From a virus, in IMG/VR virus record IMGVR_UViG_3300020156_000448, positions 61,054 to 125,053 of that record: DNA of 64,000 nt; one strand, given 5' to 3'. This document shows, piece by piece, positions 10,620-20,760 of this stretch. Numbering within the stretch: the first letter of the stretch is position 1; each line of letters starts with the position of its first letter. The notes beneath the pieces were generated by a model, which saw nothing but the letters and a program-made list of their open reading frames with translations, ran no database searches and was not told the origin of the DNA. The position numbers and the translations under genes were made by a program.

Positions 10620-11396
10620 TTATTTCTTTGTCTTGCTTTGTTTTACTACATCTTTTGTATACTCTTTTTTTAGTTGAGCAGCAGACTTTTTTGTTTTCTT
10701 TTTATCAATCTTAACTGGAGGAGGCGTTTCTATAATATTTCTACCGACAAGTTCCTCTTTGACCTTATCTACTTTTTTCTTGGCTCTTTGAATAGCATTA
10801 TCTACGCTTTTGTTTTCAATATTAAGAGTTTCGGAGATTTCGTCATAAGACATATTTTCCAAATATAATTCAAAGACTTCTTTTTCCATTTTGGTTAAAT
10901 GATTAAAGAAAACTGCTTTGATATACTCAGCATATTGTCTATCTTCGATCTTTTTAGCGACAGAAAAATCACTTCCAAATGACGCAATCTTCTCGTGCTT
11001 ATCACACTCATTGCCATCTTCATCGTAAAGCAAACTATCAATTGAAGAGGCATCATTTAGCATTCTATGCTTTTGACGACGACTTTCGTCCATCAAAGAA
11101 ATAACTCTACGTCTAAAGAATATAAAAGCGAAGTATCTAAAAGTGGTGTTTGGTCGATAGTCGAATTTCTCGATTGCCTTCATTAGCATGATGGAGCATT
11201 CACTTTTAATATCATCTTCATCATAGCCTCTAACCCACCATCTGTACTGGGTGTGGATTTTCTTAATATCAGGCTCAACTAAATTAAGAAGAAATTCGAA
11301 GGCATCGCTATCTCCAGCTTTCGCTAGTGTAACGTACCTTCGAATTTCTTCTTCTTTCGCCGTCATTTTCGGCGCTTCATTAAAATCTGGTTCCAT
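10620..11396 (-). CDS. RNA polymerase sigma factor, SigH/Spo0H-like
   Basis: AKAGDSDAFEFL, DDIKSECSIMLMKAIEKFD, LTKMEKEVFELYLENMSYDEIS and KSVDNAIQRAKKK (the SigH region 4 pattern KSIDNALQR). Confidence 0.85.
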   Translation of the reverse strand: MEPDFNEAPKMTAKEEEIRRYVTLAKAGDSDAFEFLLNLVEPDIKKIHTQYRWWVRGYDEDDIKSECSIMLMKAIEKFDYRPNTTFRYFAFIFFRRRVISLMDESRRQKHRMLNDASSIDSLLYDEDGNECDKHEKIASFGSDFSVAKKIEDRQYAEYIKAVFFNHLTKMEKEVFELYLENMSYDEISETLNIENKSVDNAIQRAKKKVDKVKEELVGRNIIETPPPVKIDKKKTKKSAAQLKKEYTKDVVKQSKTKK

Positions 11397-11421
11397 ACTA
11401 TGGTATCATGTGAGTTTGCCT

Positions 11422-12537
11422 TTAGGTATGATACATAGTCATTGCCTTTTGCAGTGCAACATCTACAAATATTCTAGGGTTTTGGTTATATACCAAATCT
11501 TTTGTAGAGCTACTTAATGTATATATAGTTCCAGCTAATCGCTGACTATCAAAACATTGGCTCAAAGTCATTAGTTCATTTGCTTGCTCTTCGGATTGGT
11601 AATTTGGCAACACATTTACATCACCAGTTACTTTATAAGCATAAATACCATACAGGTTTTCAATTACTTCATCGAGTATATTGGCTGCATTTATTGACGC
11701 CTTTTCTAATCCGTTGGTTATTTTCAATACCTTGCCCATATCTCGCTCAAGCAAAGCATAGAGTATGTGAATGATAAATCTATAATCAAACGAGTTTGTG
11801 ATACTTGAAGCTACCTCTTTTACTATCCTTCCAGAGCCTGCTAAAATAGCCTTCTCTAGCAAGGATAGGGCATCCCTCATCCCTCCTTTAGCGTTTTTGC
11901 TTATCAGGCGTAGAGCGACTTCTTCATACTCTATTCCTTCAGTTTTACATACGCTTTTTAGTCGGTCAAGTATTTGTTCTGAGGTAAACTTGCTAAATTC
12001 AAAAGAAATACATCTACTAAGGATGGTTTCTGGTATTCGATCTGATCCAGTAGTGCATAAAACTATATAAGTGTGAGGAGGAGGTTCCTCTAAAAACTTC
12101 AGCAAGGCACCAAAAGCGTCGTTTGAGAGGTTTTGAAACTCGTCAATGATAAGAACCCTATTTCTAACACTAAAAGACGCATAATTGGCGCTCTGCTTTA
12201 GTTTCTTAATATCATCGATGCCTCTGTTTGAGGCAGCATCTATTTCTATGACACCATCACAAGTACCACGCTCTATAGATATGCAAGCATTACACTGCAA
12301 ACACGGACTGCTAGTGCTTGTTTTTACGGTCTCGCAATTAAGGCACTTGGCAATAATTCTTGCGGAACTAGTCTTACCTGTTCCTTTTGGACCTCTCAGC
12401 ATAGTGCAAAACGGTACTTGGTTATTATCGGCGGCGTACACCAAAGAACTCACATTTAAGTATTGCCCTATAATTTCTTTAAGAGTCCTTGGTCTGTACT
12501 TATTCGGTAGATTCAGTGCCACCTTTTTTCCTTTCAA
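11422..12537 (-). CDS. dnaX: DNA polymerase III gamma/tau subunit (short, gamma-length)
   Basis: KYRPRTLKEIIGQ, GPKGTGKTS, Zn module CLNC...CLQCNAC, EIDAASN, IIDE, SRC and GGMRDALSLL. Confidence 0.95.
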   Translation of the reverse strand: MKGKKVALNLPNKYRPRTLKEIIGQYLNVSSLVYAADNNQVPFCTMLRGPKGTGKTSSARIIAKCLNCETVKTSTSSPCLQCNACISIERGTCDGVIEIDAASNRGIDDIKKLKQSANYASFSVRNRVLIIDEFQNLSNDAFGALLKFLEEPPPHTYIVLCTTGSDRIPETILSRCISFEFSKFTSEQILDRLKSVCKTEGIEYEEVALRLISKNAKGGMRDALSLLEKAILAGSGRIVKEVASSITNSFDYRFIIHILYALLERDMGKVLKITNGLEKASINAANILDEVIENLYGIYAYKVTGDVNVLPNYQSEEQANELMTLSQCFDSQRLAGTIYTLSSSTKDLVYNQNPRIFVDVALQKAMTMYHT

Positions 12538-13135
12538 GGAAGGCTTTATATTCTTGGATTAAGCTTGAAGCACCTTCGTAATCCTTTTCTTGCAGCTTTG
12601 CTCTAATTAATGAAGAGTACGGCTGTGTATCTCCGATAATTTTAGCGCAACTCTGAGGATTTAGAGCTTTGTGAGCCTTGGCTTTTCTGCCTCTTACGTG
12701 ATGATACTTAGCCTTTTCTTCAATAAACTGCCAGTAATCAAGATGTTCACGTAATTTAACGCAGTTCTGTGACCATGCTACTGTCATTTCAAGCATAAAT
12801 TCCATCTTGCATACAAAGAAATCAATCAATTCTTCACAGCTTTTAAAAGAGGGGAAATTATCTTGTTTATATGCGTTTATAAAGTCATCCAACTCTTGCT
12901 CTTCTATAAATATAGAAGGGTCTTCTTCATTTTCTGAATTATCATCTATTCCCTTATGCTCTTCGAACATCAAGGTGATTTTTGTCCATACCATCTCGTC
13001 TGCCAAAATATACAAACCTTCGTCAGTAAAGTTTGACAGACTGGTTAAAACGCGAGAAGGAATATTTTCTGTAGACAGATTGTTTATGTTGTCTATGAAC
13101 CATTTTCCAGCCAACGTATTATACACACTTTTCAT
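12500..13135 (-). CDS. Hypothetical protein
   Basis: 211-aa ORF in operon context. Confidence 0.6.
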   Translation of the reverse strand: MKSVYNTLAGKWFIDNINNLSTENIPSRVLTSLSNFTDEGLYILADEMVWTKITLMFEEHKGIDDNSENEEDPSIFIEEQELDDFINAYKQDNFPSFKSCEELIDFFVCKMEFMLEMTVAWSQNCVKLREHLDYWQFIEEKAKYHHVRGRKAKAHKALNPQSCAKIIGDTQPYSSLIRAKLQEKDYEGASSLIQEYKAFLERKKGGTESTE

Positions 13136-13164
13136 AAGAGCCTCAAGAACTAGTTTTTATAGTG

Positions 13165-13872
13165 CTAAGCACTATCTTCTTTAAGAAAATTTCGTGCAAA
13201 TTCCTTTGCATCCTCTTGTAAATCAACAATTGTGGAGTTGTTATCCACACTATGATTAACACGAGAGTCTGAAATTAGCATGCCTGATTTTTCGCTTATA
13301 TGACCATCAGTATTGGCTATTTCCGCTTCTTTTCTATATATGTCTACCAAATAATCCAAAAAATTAGTCTCATTAGGATATCTAATATCAGGAACAAGAA
13401 CTACCAATTTATGCTGTGGATACTTTTGACTTAACGTATTTAATTCTTTAATGGCGTTCATTCTCAAGGAATTGACCCATATATCAAAGTCAAATCCCTC
13501 TCTCATGACTTCAGTACCAAAATACTGAAGAATGTCTCTTGCTGTCATTTTGCCTTGTTTGCCGTACTTATTATCGGCTTTCCAATCCCACAGTGTTGGG
13601 GATTCTTTTTGTGCTTGAGTACCATACATCTGTTCATCAGACAGACCAAATATGCACTTTGCAGCGGATTTTAATGGATCAGCTAGGGACATTTTAGTAG
13701 CATGAATACCATGTTCAAATCGATCTACATTATTGATCTCTTCAATAAAAGCATCAGCCCATGTATCTTTGCCACTGCGCTTGCCGCTCTTTCGAGCGGC
13801 AACCCCAATGTACGTAATTTCTTTATGCAACTTCACAACTTCTTTCTTGAGACGCAAACACAACTTTGTCAT
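13165..13872 (-). CDS. Deoxynucleoside monophosphate kinase (T4 gp1-like); true start probably near 13830
   Basis: GKRSGKDT, SLADPLK, RDILQYFGTEVMR, DIRYPNE and HISE. Confidence 0.85.
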   Translation of the reverse strand: MTKLCLRLKKEVVKLHKEITYIGVAARKSGKRSGKDTWADAFIEEINNVDRFEHGIHATKMSLADPLKSAAKCIFGLSDEQMYGTQAQKESPTLWDWKADNKYGKQGKMTARDILQYFGTEVMREGFDFDIWVNSLRMNAIKELNTLSQKYPQHKLVVLVPDIRYPNETNFLDYLVDIYRKEAEIANTDGHISEKSGMLISDSRVNHSVDNNSTIVDLQEDAKEFARNFLKEDSA

Positions 13873-16345
13873 CTTCTAAGTCTGCGATCACTAGTCTCTT
13901 CTCTAAACTCTCATCCAAGTCCAAAAGGAATTCGGATAGAGGGTCCAATACTACAGTTTGGAAAATTCTCTTTAAAGGTCTGAATCCATACTCTTCATCA
14001 TAACCTTCTTTAATCAACTTATCTTTAATTGATTGAGTTAATTCAAGATGAAGATTCTGTTCGCCAAGATTCTTGGAATTATACTTATTAATATGGATAT
14101 CCAATATTTCGTAGCAATCTTCTTTGCTTAGATGACGGAATACGTGAATTCCATCTAATCTGTTAAGAAATTCTGCTCTAAACTGCTTTTTAGCAGCTTC
14201 CATATAGCGCTCTTTTTCGCGTTCTGCATTTTCTTCAACGCCATTATTTTGAACAAGACCAACTACTTTATTCTTAACCTTTTTCGAACCTACATTTGAG
14301 GTCATGATAATAACAGCGTTCTTGAATGAGATAACATTCTTTTTACTGTCAGTGATCCGACCTTCTTCTAGAATTTGAAGGAAAGCCATCAGTACATCAG
14401 GATGAGCTTTTTCAATTTCATCTACAAGAATAACTGTATATGGACGACGACGAAGCGGTTCAAAGACACCAGCGTTATCATGACCAATATATCCTGGAGC
14501 AGCACCTGTAAGCCTTGCTGCATCATGACGTTCCTGGTATTCCGACATATCAAGGGTGAGAAGTGCGTTTTCGTCACCGAATACATAATCAGCAAGAGCC
14601 TTTGCAAGTTCAGTCTTTCCGACGCCTGTTGGACCTAGGAATAAGAAGCTTCCCATAGGCTTGTTAGGCTCTTTTAGACCTGTGCGACTTCTCTTCATTG
14701 CTCTCGAAAGGGCAGCAATTGCCTCTTTCTGAGAAACGACGCGCTTGGCTAATTCTGCGTCCATATTTTTATACTTAGCTTTATCTTCTTCGCTACGAAG
14801 CTTTGTAAGAGGAACGCTGGTCATTGTAGATACTACTTGTAAAACTTCATCTGTTTCTACCAGATATGACTTTTCTTTAACTTTGTTAAGCCACTCTTTA
14901 TTTTCTTTGCGCAGAATAATTTCCAAATCAGTTTTACGCTGATCAAGCTCTTCGCATTTTTCAAATGCTTCCTCTAGAACCAAAGCATTCCACTTGGTAT
15001 CAAGTTCAGCAATTTCTTCTTCAATCTTGATAATATTTTCTGGCTTATCAAGAATGCGAAGCTTAGCGCGTGCGCCTACTTCATCAATAATATCAATTGC
15101 TTTATCGGGGAAATTTCTATCTGGAATATACTTATCAGCAAGTCTAACAGCTTCAAGAAGCGCGGAGTCCTGATATGTAACTCCGTGGAAATCCTCATAC
15201 TTAGGTTTTAGACCTTTAAGAATTTCCAAAGTCTGATCACGATTAGTAGCATTCACAACGATTGGCTGAAATCTTCTATCTAGAGCACGATCTTTCTCGA
15301 TAAACTTACGATATTCCTCAGTTGTTGTCAAACCGATGAGGCGGAGGGTTCCACGAGCCAACGGCTGCTTAATCATGTTAGAAGCGTCTATAGAACCTTC
15401 AGCAGCGCCAGCGCCAGCCAGTGTATGCATTTCATCTACAACAGCGATGATATTAGGATCATCTTCTAACTCTTTAATAAGCTGCTTTAATCTCTCTTCA
15501 AACTGACCACGATATTTTGTACCAGCAACAAGAGAGCCTAAATCTACCGAACATAGACGCTTATCTCTTAATGACTCAGGGGCATCCTGCGAAACAATTT
15601 TGAGAGCCAAACCTTCAACAATGGCACTCTTTCCTGTTCCTGATTCACCAATCAAAACAGGGTTATTTTTGCTTTTGCGTGCAAGAATCTGTAGCAAACG
15701 TTGTAATTCTGCCTCTCTTCCAATCATTGGATCGAGCTTACCCTGTTTTGCTCTTTCGGTTAAATCAACACAGTATGCATCAATAGCACTTCCCTTAGGA
15801 GCCTTCTTATTAGAAGTGCGTGAATTCGCGGACGGTGTAGCAAGACCAGCTTCGCGGCTTGGAGTTTCAACTATTCTATCAGAAATAGTTCCCGCATTAT
15901 TAATTATATCAATGTACTGCTGACGAGCAATCTCAAACGTTAGTCCAAATTTGGCTAAAATATCAGAAGCTCTGGAATCGCCCCGCAGTACTGCTAGTAA
16001 GAAGTGCCCAGTGCAAGTAAGGTCATGTTGTAAATCTCGTGAAATTTTCTCAGAATCTTCAAGAACAAAGATAAGCTCTTTGGTAAAAGCAGGCTGTGAA
16101 ATAACAGCTTCCATTAATTCATTTTTGCTAATTTTGGCGAATGTTCCATAAAGCTCTTTGCGAAGAGCCTTAATTGAGGTATCGCATTCTTGAAGAAGTG
16201 TATAACCAACACCAGCTTTCAAGTCAATCATTGCGACAAGAAAATGCTCAATCGTAATGTTATCACTGCTATTATTCTTTGCAAGCTTACTTGCCAAGAT
16301 ATTGCAGTCCATAAACTTATTCGAAGGTTCTCTTGGTTCTCTCAT
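13823..16345 (-). CDS. clpC: ClpC-type AAA+ unfoldase
   Basis: Two Clp-N repeats (EHFL, GHFL), GESGTGKS, AGTKYRGQFEERL, UVR-type middle domain, GPTGVGKTEL and FRAEFLNRLD. Confidence 0.93.
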   Translation of the reverse strand: MREPREPSNKFMDCNILASKLAKNNSSDNITIEHFLVAMIDLKAGVGYTLLQECDTSIKALRKELYGTFAKISKNELMEAVISQPAFTKELIFVLEDSEKISRDLQHDLTCTGHFLLAVLRGDSRASDILAKFGLTFEIARQQYIDIINNAGTISDRIVETPSREAGLATPSANSRTSNKKAPKGSAIDAYCVDLTERAKQGKLDPMIGREAELQRLLQILARKSKNNPVLIGESGTGKSAIVEGLALKIVSQDAPESLRDKRLCSVDLGSLVAGTKYRGQFEERLKQLIKELEDDPNIIAVVDEMHTLAGAGAAEGSIDASNMIKQPLARGTLRLIGLTTTEEYRKFIEKDRALDRRFQPIVVNATNRDQTLEILKGLKPKYEDFHGVTYQDSALLEAVRLADKYIPDRNFPDKAIDIIDEVGARAKLRILDKPENIIKIEEEIAELDTKWNALVLEEAFEKCEELDQRKTDLEIILRKENKEWLNKVKEKSYLVETDEVLQVVSTMTSVPLTKLRSEEDKAKYKNMDAELAKRVVSQKEAIAALSRAMKRSRTGLKEPNKPMGSFLFLGPTGVGKTELAKALADYVFGDENALLTLDMSEYQERHDAARLTGAAPGYIGHDNAGVFEPLRRRPYTVILVDEIEKAHPDVLMAFLQILEEGRITDSKKNVISFKNAVIIMTSNVGSKKVKNKVVGLVQNNGVEENAEREKERYMEAAKKQFRAEFLNRLDGIHVFRHLSKEDCYEILDIHINKYNSKNLGEQNLHLELTQSIKDKLIKEGYDEEYGFRPLKRIFQTVVLDPLSEFLLDLDESLEKRLVIADLEDDKVVFASQERSCEVA

Positions 16346-16374
16346 ATATTATGTTTCCCAATTACATATTTGGT

Positions 16375-16641
16375 TTAACTGCGTGAGCAAACTTGCTCAA
16401 TGCGCTGTTCTGGTAAAACGGCTTGGGAACGATATACTTCTTTTCCATTCTTCTGTATTACAAATAGTGGAACATCGTCTTCGTTTTTTACACCGTATGA
16501 TTTGATTACATTTAAATGCTTGCTATTATTCACGTCATACAGTTCATAATTGTATTTATCTGCTATTAAAAATATTTGCATCTTACAACGATGGCAATGA
16601 CCGTTACTAATTATGATAATTTTAATATTTTCAGGGATCAT
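16375..16641 (-). CDS. Small thioredoxin/glutaredoxin-like protein
   Basis: CHRC, VP (cis-Pro position) and NGKEVYR; close to nrdJ. Confidence 0.65.
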   Translation of the reverse strand: MIPENIKIIIISNGHCHRCKMQIFLIADKYNYELYDVNNSKHLNVIKSYGVKNEDDVPLFVIQKNGKEVYRSQAVLPEQRIEQVCSRS

Positions 16642-16643
16642 TA

Positions 16644-17444
16644 CTAACCTCTTAAATATTTTAATTTGCTATTAAAAGTTTCGATTACATCAATAAAATC
16701 TTTTGGTAAATATTCTTTTACTTTATCTGTTGTCTCGGAATCAATATCACCATAATATGCTTCTGCAATATTGCCTGCAATGCATGCCATAGTATCTGTA
16801 TCGCCATTTAAACACACAGCCTTACGAATAGCATCTTCTACAGATTCAGATTCTAAAAACGCAATAATCGATTCAGGTACACTTTCTTGACAAGAAACTC
16901 TAAATCCATAGTTACCCTTAATATCATCATAACTTCTCGATAGATCATATCCAATAACGTGCTCTATCACTTCTTTAATATGATCTTTAGGAACATGTTG
17001 CTTTGCTAAGAAGATTGCGCCAGCGGTAGCCTTTGCCCCCTTGATGCCCTCTGGGTGATTATGAGTAATGCTTGCGCTTGCTTCCGCTTCTATCATACAA
17101 AACTCCCAAGATTTAGCCGCATAACCAACAGCAGCCACCCTCATAGCAGAACCGTTACCATAACTATTATAAGGTTCTGAGCGTGATGCTTGAACCCATT
17201 TTACAAAGTTTCCACCGTAGCCTGCACTTGGATATTTATGAGCATATTCTTTTGCCTTTTCAGCCCACGAATATTTATTATTAATACTATCTGCTTGGGC
17301 TACCATTAAAACTGTATCGTCTGTGAAAGTACATCCTTCTGCAAACAATTCAAAATCATAAGGAATAGAGGCTGTCTTCTTCTGCCAAGCACTTCTTTCA
17401 AATCTGGAGCCTACGATATCTCCTAAAATCCCACCGTATAACAT
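16644..17444 (-). CDS. ADP-ribosylglycohydrolase (DraG/ARH family)
   Basis: GDIVGS, FTDDT, SYGNGSAMR, THNHPEG and GDTDTMACIAG. Confidence 0.93.
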   Translation of the reverse strand: MLYGGILGDIVGSRFERSAWQKKTASIPYDFELFAEGCTFTDDTVLMVAQADSINNKYSWAEKAKEYAHKYPSAGYGGNFVKWVQASRSEPYNSYGNGSAMRVAAVGYAAKSWEFCMIEAEASASITHNHPEGIKGAKATAGAIFLAKQHVPKDHIKEVIEHVIGYDLSRSYDDIKGNYGFRVSCQESVPESIIAFLESESVEDAIRKAVCLNGDTDTMACIAGNIAEAYYGDIDSETTDKVKEYLPKDFIDVIETFNSKLKYLRG

Positions 17445-17461
17445 ATATTTTCCTTTAAAAT

Positions 17462-17492
17462 AAAAAAATGGCGCATACTTATGTATACGCCA
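17462..17492 (-). terminator. Intrinsic terminator-like hairpin
   Basis: TGGCGCATAC/GTATACGCCA stem followed by a T-run on the minus strand. Confidence 0.6.
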
Positions 17493-17500
17493 AACTTTAA

Positions 17501-17797
17501 TTAATATTCTTCCTCACTATGTCTACCATCTAGTGCCGCTACATGAAACCCAATCAATGGCTCTTCAGCCTCAACGTCTTCACTATACTCACATTCATGA
17601 GGATCATTCTCATATATATAATCCACTTGCTCTTGCGTTAATTCCACATTAGATGCAATAATCATATAGTATGCGCCTTTTGAATCAGCAGCGCCTGTAT
17701 CAATAGCCGTTACAAACTTCTCCCCAAATGTCTGGAGCAATAGTTTTATTTTTTCCACATCATGATGCAGAACATTTAAAACAAGTATTCTTTTCAT
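17501..17797 (-). CDS. Hypothetical acidic protein
   Basis: 98-aa ORF between two terminator-like hairpins. Confidence 0.6.
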   Translation of the reverse strand: MKRILVLNVLHHDVEKIKLLLQTFGEKFVTAIDTGAADSKGAYYMIIASNVELTQEQVDYIYENDPHECEYSEDVEAEEPLIGFHVAALDGRHSEEEY

Positions 17798-17811
17798 ATT
17801 TTTCTTTCTAT

Positions 17812-17851
17812 AAAAGAAAAGCCTCTCTCATCAAAAATAGTGAGAGAGGCT
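17812..17851 (-). terminator. Intrinsic terminator after nrdJ
   Basis: Perfect 11-bp stem AGCCTCTCTCA/TGAGAGAGGCT, then TTTCTTTT on the minus strand. Confidence 0.8.
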
Positions 17852-17859
17852 CTGTTAAT

Positions 17860-20325
17860 TTACATGCACTTAGAAGCACCGCAGTTTTTACAAACTTGAC
17901 ACCCGTTCTCACGAATAATAGCATCTTGCTTACATTCAGCGCAAGTGGTTCCACTTACTTCACTGCCATCAGCGATGTATTTCTTTAAGGTGCGAGCAAG
18001 CACCTTAGAAAAGCTCTGCAAATCACCGCGGGTTTTTTCAAGCTGCGCTACTACGAAATTACAATCAGCGCCATGACGAAGTGCTGTTGAAATCATACGT
18101 GTCAGAGCATCTTTTTCATCGTTATGTCTAGATGTTAAAGAATACGTTTGATCTCCAGAAACTAACTCATATCTGCCACGAGCACGTTTAACCACTACAC
18201 CTTCGGTTACTGTCTTCGGAATAATAATTTCTCCCTCAGAATCGTGATTCATATCTGCAAATATTTCATACGGATCGCCATCAAGCAAGCCAACTGCAAC
18301 ATAATAACGAATCCCTTTAGCTGTTGCATGATGCACTTCAGCAGGCATTGACTCTTTACGCTTTGGAGCTTTTGTCTTAGTGATCTTGTCTTCGGAAACT
18401 ACAGCAACAGCTTTGGAAGTGTCAACTAACACACCATCTCTACAGCCAGAACGATATACAGTTATACCCTTGAGACCCGATTTCCACGCTGCTTCATAAA
18501 TCTCAGCAACCTTTTCTACAGTAACGTTATTAGGTAGATTAATAGTGCTTGAAATTGCGTGACAAACATGCTTTTGAGCAGCAGCTTGAAGTTTTACGCG
18601 ATTTACCCAATCAATATCCTCTGCACAGCAGCCTGCCCATGGAGATTTGGATTCATCATCATTGCCCGTAATATCCATCCACATTTTAACTTTAGGATGA
18701 TATACTTTAAACTCTTGCCAAGCATCACCAGTTTTATCAATAAAGTCAATTCTAACATTCTTATCGCTAGGATTAACCTTTTTGCGTCTGGTGTAGCCCA
18801 TCATAAATACAGGCTCAATTCCAGAAGATGTCTGCGTCTCAATAGAAACACTTCCAGCAGGAGCAGTTGTCAAAAGAGCGATATTGCGACGACCATATTT
18901 TTGCATGTCGGCAAATAACTCAGGGTCTTCTTCAGCAATTCTTTGTATATATTCGCAATTCTTTTCAGCTTCAGCGCTATATACCTTAAATGATCCAAGC
19001 TCCATTGCCATATCAACAGATGAACGATAAGCGCCAAGCTTTAAGGTCTTATAAATCTTCTCCGTCATCTCAATACTATCATCAGAACCATATCTTACGC
19101 CACAGGCAGCAACAGCATCGCCTAGAGCGGTAATTCCAGTTCCAGTTCTACGACCTTCAACACAGAAACGAAGCACATCATGCCACATTCTTAGTTCACG
19201 ATGTTTCGTGTCTGCATCTTCTGGATCGTTTTCAACTTTTTTGATAATAGCTTCAATCTTTTCAGCTTCAAGATCAACCAGATCATCCATGAGTCTCTGA
19301 GCAATCTTGGAATCTTCATAGAAGCGCTCATAATCAAAATAAGCTTTTTCTGCGAATGGATTGACTACATAACTAAATAAATTTAGAAGAAGTAGACGAC
19401 AGCTATCAAGAGGAGATAAGTTAATCTCGCTACAAGGATTAGTTCCACGACTTCTGTATTCCTCATAATAATCAGCAGGGGTATTCTTGGTTACGTTATC
19501 CCAAAAAAGAAGACCTGGCTCTGCCATTTCATGAGCATTTTTAATTATCTCAATCCATACTTCTCTTGCGCGTACCATCTGAGAAACTACTGGCTTTTCT
19601 CCTGGCTTTAAAACAACAGGAAAACGTAGTTCGTACTCTTCATCATTTTGAACAGCGTTTAAGAATTCATCAGTTAAACGTAATGAAATGTTAGCTCCTG
19701 TTACCTTAGTGCGATCATTCTTAATTCTAGTAAAATCTAAAACCTGAGGATGATGCACAGACAATGTGAGCATTAATGCGCCACGTCTTCCAGCCTGCCC
19801 AACTTCTCGAATGGAATTTGAATAACGCTCCATAAAAGGCAAAATGCCAGTACTCGTTCTTGAAGAGTTCTTGGTCGGCATGCCTGCTGGTCTGATTTCT
19901 GACAAATCAACACCTGTGCCGCCACGACGCTTTGAAATCTGAACAAGCTGCTCATCAACCTTCATCACGCCGCCATAAGAATCTTCTGGAACATCCAAAA
20001 GGTAACAGTTACTTAAGCTGATTGTTTGATATGTATTACCGATACCATACATTGGGCTTCCCTGAGGAACAATGTATTTAAATCTATCCAAAAGATTAAA
20101 TATATACTCTTCTGATAAGGGTTTTTTAAACTTACCCTTTTCGATTCTAGCAAATTCCTTCGCGATACGCCTGTGCATATCCGCAGGTGTTAATTCAACC
20201 AGATTTAACTCCGCGTCTCTTAAAGCATACTTATCCACAAATACTTTTGCAGCGAGTTCATCTCCGCCAAAGTATTCTAAAGATGCTTCAAACGCTTCTT
20301 GATCTGAGTAAATCTTCTTTTCCAT
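17860..20325 (-). CDS. nrdJ: Class II (adenosylcobalamin-dependent) ribonucleotide reductase
   Basis: LSNC, TNPCSE, RRTGTG, APAGSVS, SSGIEP, GITVYR and a C-terminal TSCPD/Zn-ribbon (CAEC...CKNC); no NrdB in the window. Confidence 0.93.
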   Translation of the reverse strand: MEKKIYSDQEAFEASLEYFGGDELAAKVFVDKYALRDAELNLVELTPADMHRRIAKEFARIEKGKFKKPLSEEYIFNLLDRFKYIVPQGSPMYGIGNTYQTISLSNCYLLDVPEDSYGGVMKVDEQLVQISKRRGGTGVDLSEIRPAGMPTKNSSRTSTGILPFMERYSNSIREVGQAGRRGALMLTLSVHHPQVLDFTRIKNDRTKVTGANISLRLTDEFLNAVQNDEEYELRFPVVLKPGEKPVVSQMVRAREVWIEIIKNAHEMAEPGLLFWDNVTKNTPADYYEEYRSRGTNPCSEINLSPLDSCRLLLLNLFSYVVNPFAEKAYFDYERFYEDSKIAQRLMDDLVDLEAEKIEAIIKKVENDPEDADTKHRELRMWHDVLRFCVEGRRTGTGITALGDAVAACGVRYGSDDSIEMTEKIYKTLKLGAYRSSVDMAMELGSFKVYSAEAEKNCEYIQRIAEEDPELFADMQKYGRRNIALLTTAPAGSVSIETQTSSGIEPVFMMGYTRRKKVNPSDKNVRIDFIDKTGDAWQEFKVYHPKVKMWMDITGNDDESKSPWAGCCAEDIDWVNRVKLQAAAQKHVCHAISSTINLPNNVTVEKVAEIYEAAWKSGLKGITVYRSGCRDGVLVDTSKAVAVVSEDKITKTKAPKRKESMPAEVHHATAKGIRYYVAVGLLDGDPYEIFADMNHDSEGEIIIPKTVTEGVVVKRARGRYELVSGDQTYSLTSRHNDEKDALTRMISTALRHGADCNFVVAQLEKTRGDLQSFSKVLARTLKKYIADGSEVSGTTCAECKQDAIIRENGCQVCKNCGASKCM

Positions 20326-20342
20326 TCTTATATTTCTCCTAC

Positions 20343-20696
20343 TTATTCCGCATACTTAAACTTATTATCATCAAAAAACTTTCCATCTTTATAATTCTCA
20401 TCAAAGGGATTAATACCACTATCCTGTTGTGGAATAGCACCTTCGTAGTTTTGAAGAGTTAATTTAAAACCTCTTCCACTAACTACTCTGCCATTCATTA
20501 ATGCCGCTGTACGAGACATTTCTTCTGCTATGTCCATACCTGTCTCAAACTTAAAGACCTCGGCGGTCAATGGAACTCTAACCTTCTTTTGGTTTTGTTC
20601 ACAAATTCCGTCAATTAAAATAACTGGATTCCCAGTGTTATCAAACTGCGCATTTTCAACAATAATTGTATAAGTATTGTAGCCTTTCATATTCAT
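20343..20696 (-). CDS. Hypothetical protein
   Basis: 117-aa ORF; GAGGTG Shine-Dalgarno. Confidence 0.65.
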   Translation of the reverse strand: MNMKGYNTYTIIVENAQFDNTGNPVILIDGICEQNQKKVRVPLTAEVFKFETGMDIAEEMSRTAALMNGRVVSGRGFKLTLQNYEGAIPQQDSGINPFDENYKDGKFFDDNKFKYAE

Positions 20697-20760
20697 AATT
20701 CACCTCTATTGTATACATCTGTGCAATGTATATATTTACATATAAAAACAAGATAGAAGA

